Assembly (NCBI GenBank): GCA_964035575.1
Contig: OZ037837.1
Span: forward strand, 434,001-498,000
DNA: 64,000 nucleotides
Direction: 5' to 3'
Source of the DNA: Rhynchopus sp. YZ270_cl-10
Taxonomy: Eukaryota
Shown: positions 60,314 to 64,000 of the stretch, piece after piece
Numbering within the stretch: the stretch's first letter is position 1
How the letters are laid out: each line of letters starts with the position of its first letter
Notes under the pieces: generated by a model
What the model was told of the DNA's origin: nothing
What the model saw: the letters and a program-made list of their open reading frames with translations, nothing else
Databases searched by the model: none
Position numbers and translations under genes: made by a program

Positions 60314-60819
60314 GTGAAGTCAATTTAAAGGCTCCATGGGTCTTTATACAGTAACGTATAGGGATTTCAGTGTATAAAGGGGGGTCGGCTCCACCAAAAG
60401 TTGCGTACCGTGGAGTGTGTTCCTGAATAAAAAAAATGGTCGGAATTGAAAGATTCGTAAAAAATAAATCCAAAGGAAAAAAAATCGAAAACCTTCTTCA
60501 AAAGAAATCCAACTTAGAGGCGCCACTGTGCTGCGACCCAAAGAGGAGGTTTTCTTAAGGAATTCCTTAAGAAACCTGCGTAGAAACGTTCCCAAAGGGG
60601 GTACCACAGCCAAAAATCACCTAACCATCCACAGAGGCATAAAAAAAATCGTGCGACCCCGGAATTGAACGTTTTCGTAACCGATCTTTCCAAATAAATA
60701 AAATTGGAAAAAAAAAATTTTTGAAGAAAATTCATAAAATCCATGTGACCACGGTTTTGTACTGGACCCCCCCGTTGCCAAATTACCAAACTTGTCCGCT
60801 CACCCCCCCGGAGACCCCC

Positions 60820-62249
60820 CAGTGTTCCTAACGCTAGTTTTAAACTAAACGTTTTAAACGTTTTAAATTCTAAACGTTTTAAACTGTTTTAAACGTTTTA
60901 AACTCGAATAAAAAACGGTGGTGAATTTTGGCTTTTCAGGCAAAAAAAAAAAATTTTTTTTTTTTTTTTTACAGGCAAAAAAAAAGGTCTTTGCGAAAAA
61001 ATGTGGTATTTTCCTCTTTGCTGAAGTGGCAGCAGGCACGGTGTAATTAGACACCGCATGGTGTCTAATTACAAGGTGCCACCAGCTCTGCCTGATAGGC
61101 CGAGCAGAGTGTGCCTGCGCCACTGGATGCTTGGTGTGCCCCCTTTGGTGTAGTGGAGCCGTCGTTGTGATAGAAGATGGACCCCACTCCTCCTTGGGGG
61201 TGCGCTGATCTGGTAGTCAGTGAAGCGCGTAGTGTTCTGTTTACCGTGTGCAAGGATCTGTCTGTGTAGACGCGTCCCGTGTGGGGTGGCAGAGCCGCAA
61301 GAGCCAGTTCCGTCCTTTGCCGGTTCTCTTCGCTGCTTGCAGAGTCACTCTTGCTGACACCCGGTATTTCTGGTGATCAGCACGTCATTCAGCGTACGAT
61401 CCCACTCCCACGGTGACACGGGGTCGTGGTCCAGTAAGGGTGCGCGTACGCTGTGGCGATAGGCTCCCGTCTCCTCCACAGTCTCTATCGCTCCGGCAAG
61501 CCAGCTGTCGCCTGCAGGTAGCTTGGTCGATATCGCAGTAGCTCTACCAGGGGAGTCCTCCACCCGCATGAACTTCTCCAGGTCGTCCGCCGCTGCTGTT
61601 GTGGACAGAGAAGACACAGTGGTGTCCCATGGTGTCCCCATCACACACTAGCCCACTCAACTTATCTTTTTCTCATGCAGGTGCGTGCAGATCTCCTCCG
61701 CATTGTGCAAGTCCTCCTCCAAAACTTTTGTGCTTACAGGGCGGGCATCCGCACCCTCGCGACAAGGGTGAACACCTTCTCGTCGTTGTGCGCCTTCCAG
61801 CCATCAACGTATACCGAGATGTGCAGGCTCTTTGCTAGGGCTGCTCTCACAGGAACCATGACCCTGTCATACTCAGCCTTAAGTACCCTGTTACCCATCT
61901 GGAACCCGCTGGGAATTTTTGACACATCAAATGCTGGCACCAAGCACTTGATCAGCCAGGTTTTAGCGCACTCATTAGGGTACCGTACAGGAAACAAGTT
62001 AGCAGGAGAAACCAAGAAAAACCAGGCTAAATTGACCCCAGATGCACCAAAACTATGATTTTTGATACAGAAAAAAAAAAATTCGAAAAATTCCCCCCAC
62101 TTTTTTTACGTTTTTTTGTGCAGAACTGTCACCCGTTTTTTATTCGAGTTTTAAACGTTTAAAACGTTTAAAACGCGTTTTAAATAATTTAAAACGTTTA
62201 AAACGTTTTAAACGTTTTAAACGTTTTAAACGCAAAATTAGGAACACTG
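60820..62249 (-). mobile_element. Internally deleted hAT element with 8-bp TSD and decayed transposase
   Basis: TIR CAGTGTTCCTAA; AGACCCCC at 60812-60819 and 62250-62257; TTTTAAACG subterminal repeats. Minus-strand relic HISVYVDGWK and hATC-like DPVSPW..LAALP fragments. Confidence 0.9.
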
Positions 62250-62579
62250 AGACCCCCCCCGGATGACATCCGTTGAAAGTAAAAAAGAGGCTTCCCCAAG
62301 TGTTTTTGTGTGTTGGCGGAGAAGAAAACAGTTTACAATAAAAGACTCCTGCGTCGGTTTTCTTTTTCACAACGCGGAGGGGAACTGTCAGGTTGCCACA
62401 CATGTTCACACATTTTTTTAAGAACAAGTACATCAACGTGTCTCCCACGAGTTGGATGAAGAGGACGAACTGTCCGAGGTTGATGTTGAGCTTGAGCTGT
62501 CGGAAGAGGAACCCCACTTTCCTCTTGGGTCTCATACAATACGTTTTCTTAAATTCTTGAAAAAATATTCTTGAACTTT

Positions 62580-62906
62580 TATTTTTCCTTCCTTCAAAAC
62601 TTCACACACAACGCTTTTGGTTTTTGGGAGACACACAAGGTGCCAGGTTCTATGATAAGCACGGAACCACCCTGCACCTGTTTGTCATATATATTGTTTC
62701 CCGTGCAATACATGGAGAAACGTTTCGCACTCGAAACAAAGCTTTTTGATAAAAATTAGCGAGATACAAAAACCAGCGCGTGTGGAAGAAAAAAGGAGAG
62801 GAAAATATTTTTTCTGATTCAAAGTGGTGTTTACGTTTTGGGTACGGGGCGGAGAATAAAATCTGTTCGATAAAAGAAACGCGAGCTTATTGTTTTATCT
62901 TGTTCA
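62580..62906. repeat. Dispersed repeat family A (full)
   Basis: Near-identical to 35422-35744. Confidence 0.9.
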
Positions 62907-63246
62907 ACAAAAAATAGAATCTGACTTCGGGATACAAGAATAATTAGAATACAAAAAGAAGACAAAAAAAAGAAAAAAAAACAACTTTTTTTCGTTTATC
63001 CGCACGCGTATTACGTCCATTTTTTACGGTGACCCCGATTAAGACCGCAGTTGACGTCTCACGTGGAGGTGATATACATAATGGATAGGATCTCAAACAC
63101 CACGTCTATCCTCAGAGACAATCTTCTGTACTTGGGGAGATTGACCCGAAAATATAAAGAGAAGACAGGGACGCACATTGTGCAGTGTTCTTCCACTCTG
63201 AGGAAGTACGCACAACTGTGTACCTGCACAGAAATATTCGCGCACG

Positions 63247-64000
63247 CAGGCCTTTTGCTAACTTTGGGATTTTCCCCCTGAATGGCATGATGGTCAAAAA
63301 AAAATAATTTCCTGGAAAAAAAGTACATTCCGAGCTTTCACACCTGGTAAAAGCGGTCGTCGCGCGCTTCGCGCGCGCCTCCCTGCCAGCCACAGGGTGG
63401 AGAGGCGAAGGGTCAGCTTTGCAAGATAACAAAAACGGAATCTAATCCTTTTTTACCGGTGCTTGGTCTTGCGCCTTACGTACACTAACCGTACAAAATC
63501 AATACGTCTTCCAGAAGCAGGGGCTGTTGCAACGGTTGGGTCACTTTGAAATAAGAATGGTCAAATTTTTGCAGCTTGGGTCAAGTGTCATTTCTGGCTG
63601 CAAAATGCAAGGGAATCCCCTTAGACATTGTAAAATGGCACCGTAGGCAGGAAGAAAATAGCGTACAGCGCGAGCGAAGCGAGCGGGAATTTTTTTTTGA
63701 GGTATACCTCCGCGAGCGCAGCGAGCAGAAAAATTTTAAGGTGCCATCATGCCATCATGCCATCATGCCATCATGCCATCATGCCATCATGCCATCATGC
63801 CATCATGCCATCATGCCATCATGCCATCATGCCATCATGCCATCATGCCATCATGCCATCATGCCATCATGCCATCATGCCATCATGCCATCATGCCATC
63901 ATGCCATCATGCCATCATGCCATCATGCCATCATGCCATCATGCCATCATGCCATCATGCCATCATGCCATCATGCCATCATGCCATCATGCCATCATGC
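63247..64000. mobile_element. Left part of a CAGGCCTTTTGCTAAC-ended element running into a (CCATCATG)n satellite
   Basis: The terminus is the exact reverse complement of 59201-59216, which follows the other CCATCATG array. Confidence 0.7.
63744..64000. repeat. (CCATCATG)n satellite, truncated by window end
   Basis: Read directly from the sequence. Confidence 0.98.

Noticed and set aside
57763..60330. Inverted AATTGACTTCAC pair that might bound a larger element
   Set aside because: Only 12 bp exact and no TSD found.
58002..60473. ORFs of CHHAIMPS and YCVLCTV repeats
   Set aside because: Satellite translation artefacts.
63744..64000. Possible telomeric array at the window end
   Set aside because: The unit is not telomere-like and the same array occurs internally within a TIR element at 58341.

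Overview
Eukaryotic, transposon-saturated genomic DNA, probably from a euglenozoan protist such as a diplonemid. That assignment is an inference from long, nearly intronless host genes all on one strand, receptor-type degenerate cyclases and a spliced-leader-like remnant. There are five host genes, all on the minus strand: a 2-TM receptor pseudo-cyclase, a B-box/coiled-coil/LRR protein, an N-myristoylated ankyrin-ART-NACHT-pentapeptide-WD40 NLR-like protein, a tandem DUF3431-like membrane protein, and a double pseudo-cyclase fused to a cyclic-nucleotide-gated channel. The intergenic DNA is nested DNA transposons, and many of their ends and target-site duplications (TSDs) can be read directly. 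These include a 12.3-kb hAT with a 5-bp TSD and an accessory stand-alone zinc-finger ORF, Mutator-like foldbacks, hAT MITEs, a 6-bp-TSD element whose empty site is also in the window, and a Kolobok-like MITE. The window also holds a LINE 3' fragment, a non-autonomous retroelement that appears to be SL-capped and shares the LINE tail, and several 7-8-bp satellites lying inside elements with CAGG-N6-GCTAAC ends. All family assignments come from motif recognition by eye; no database search was run.
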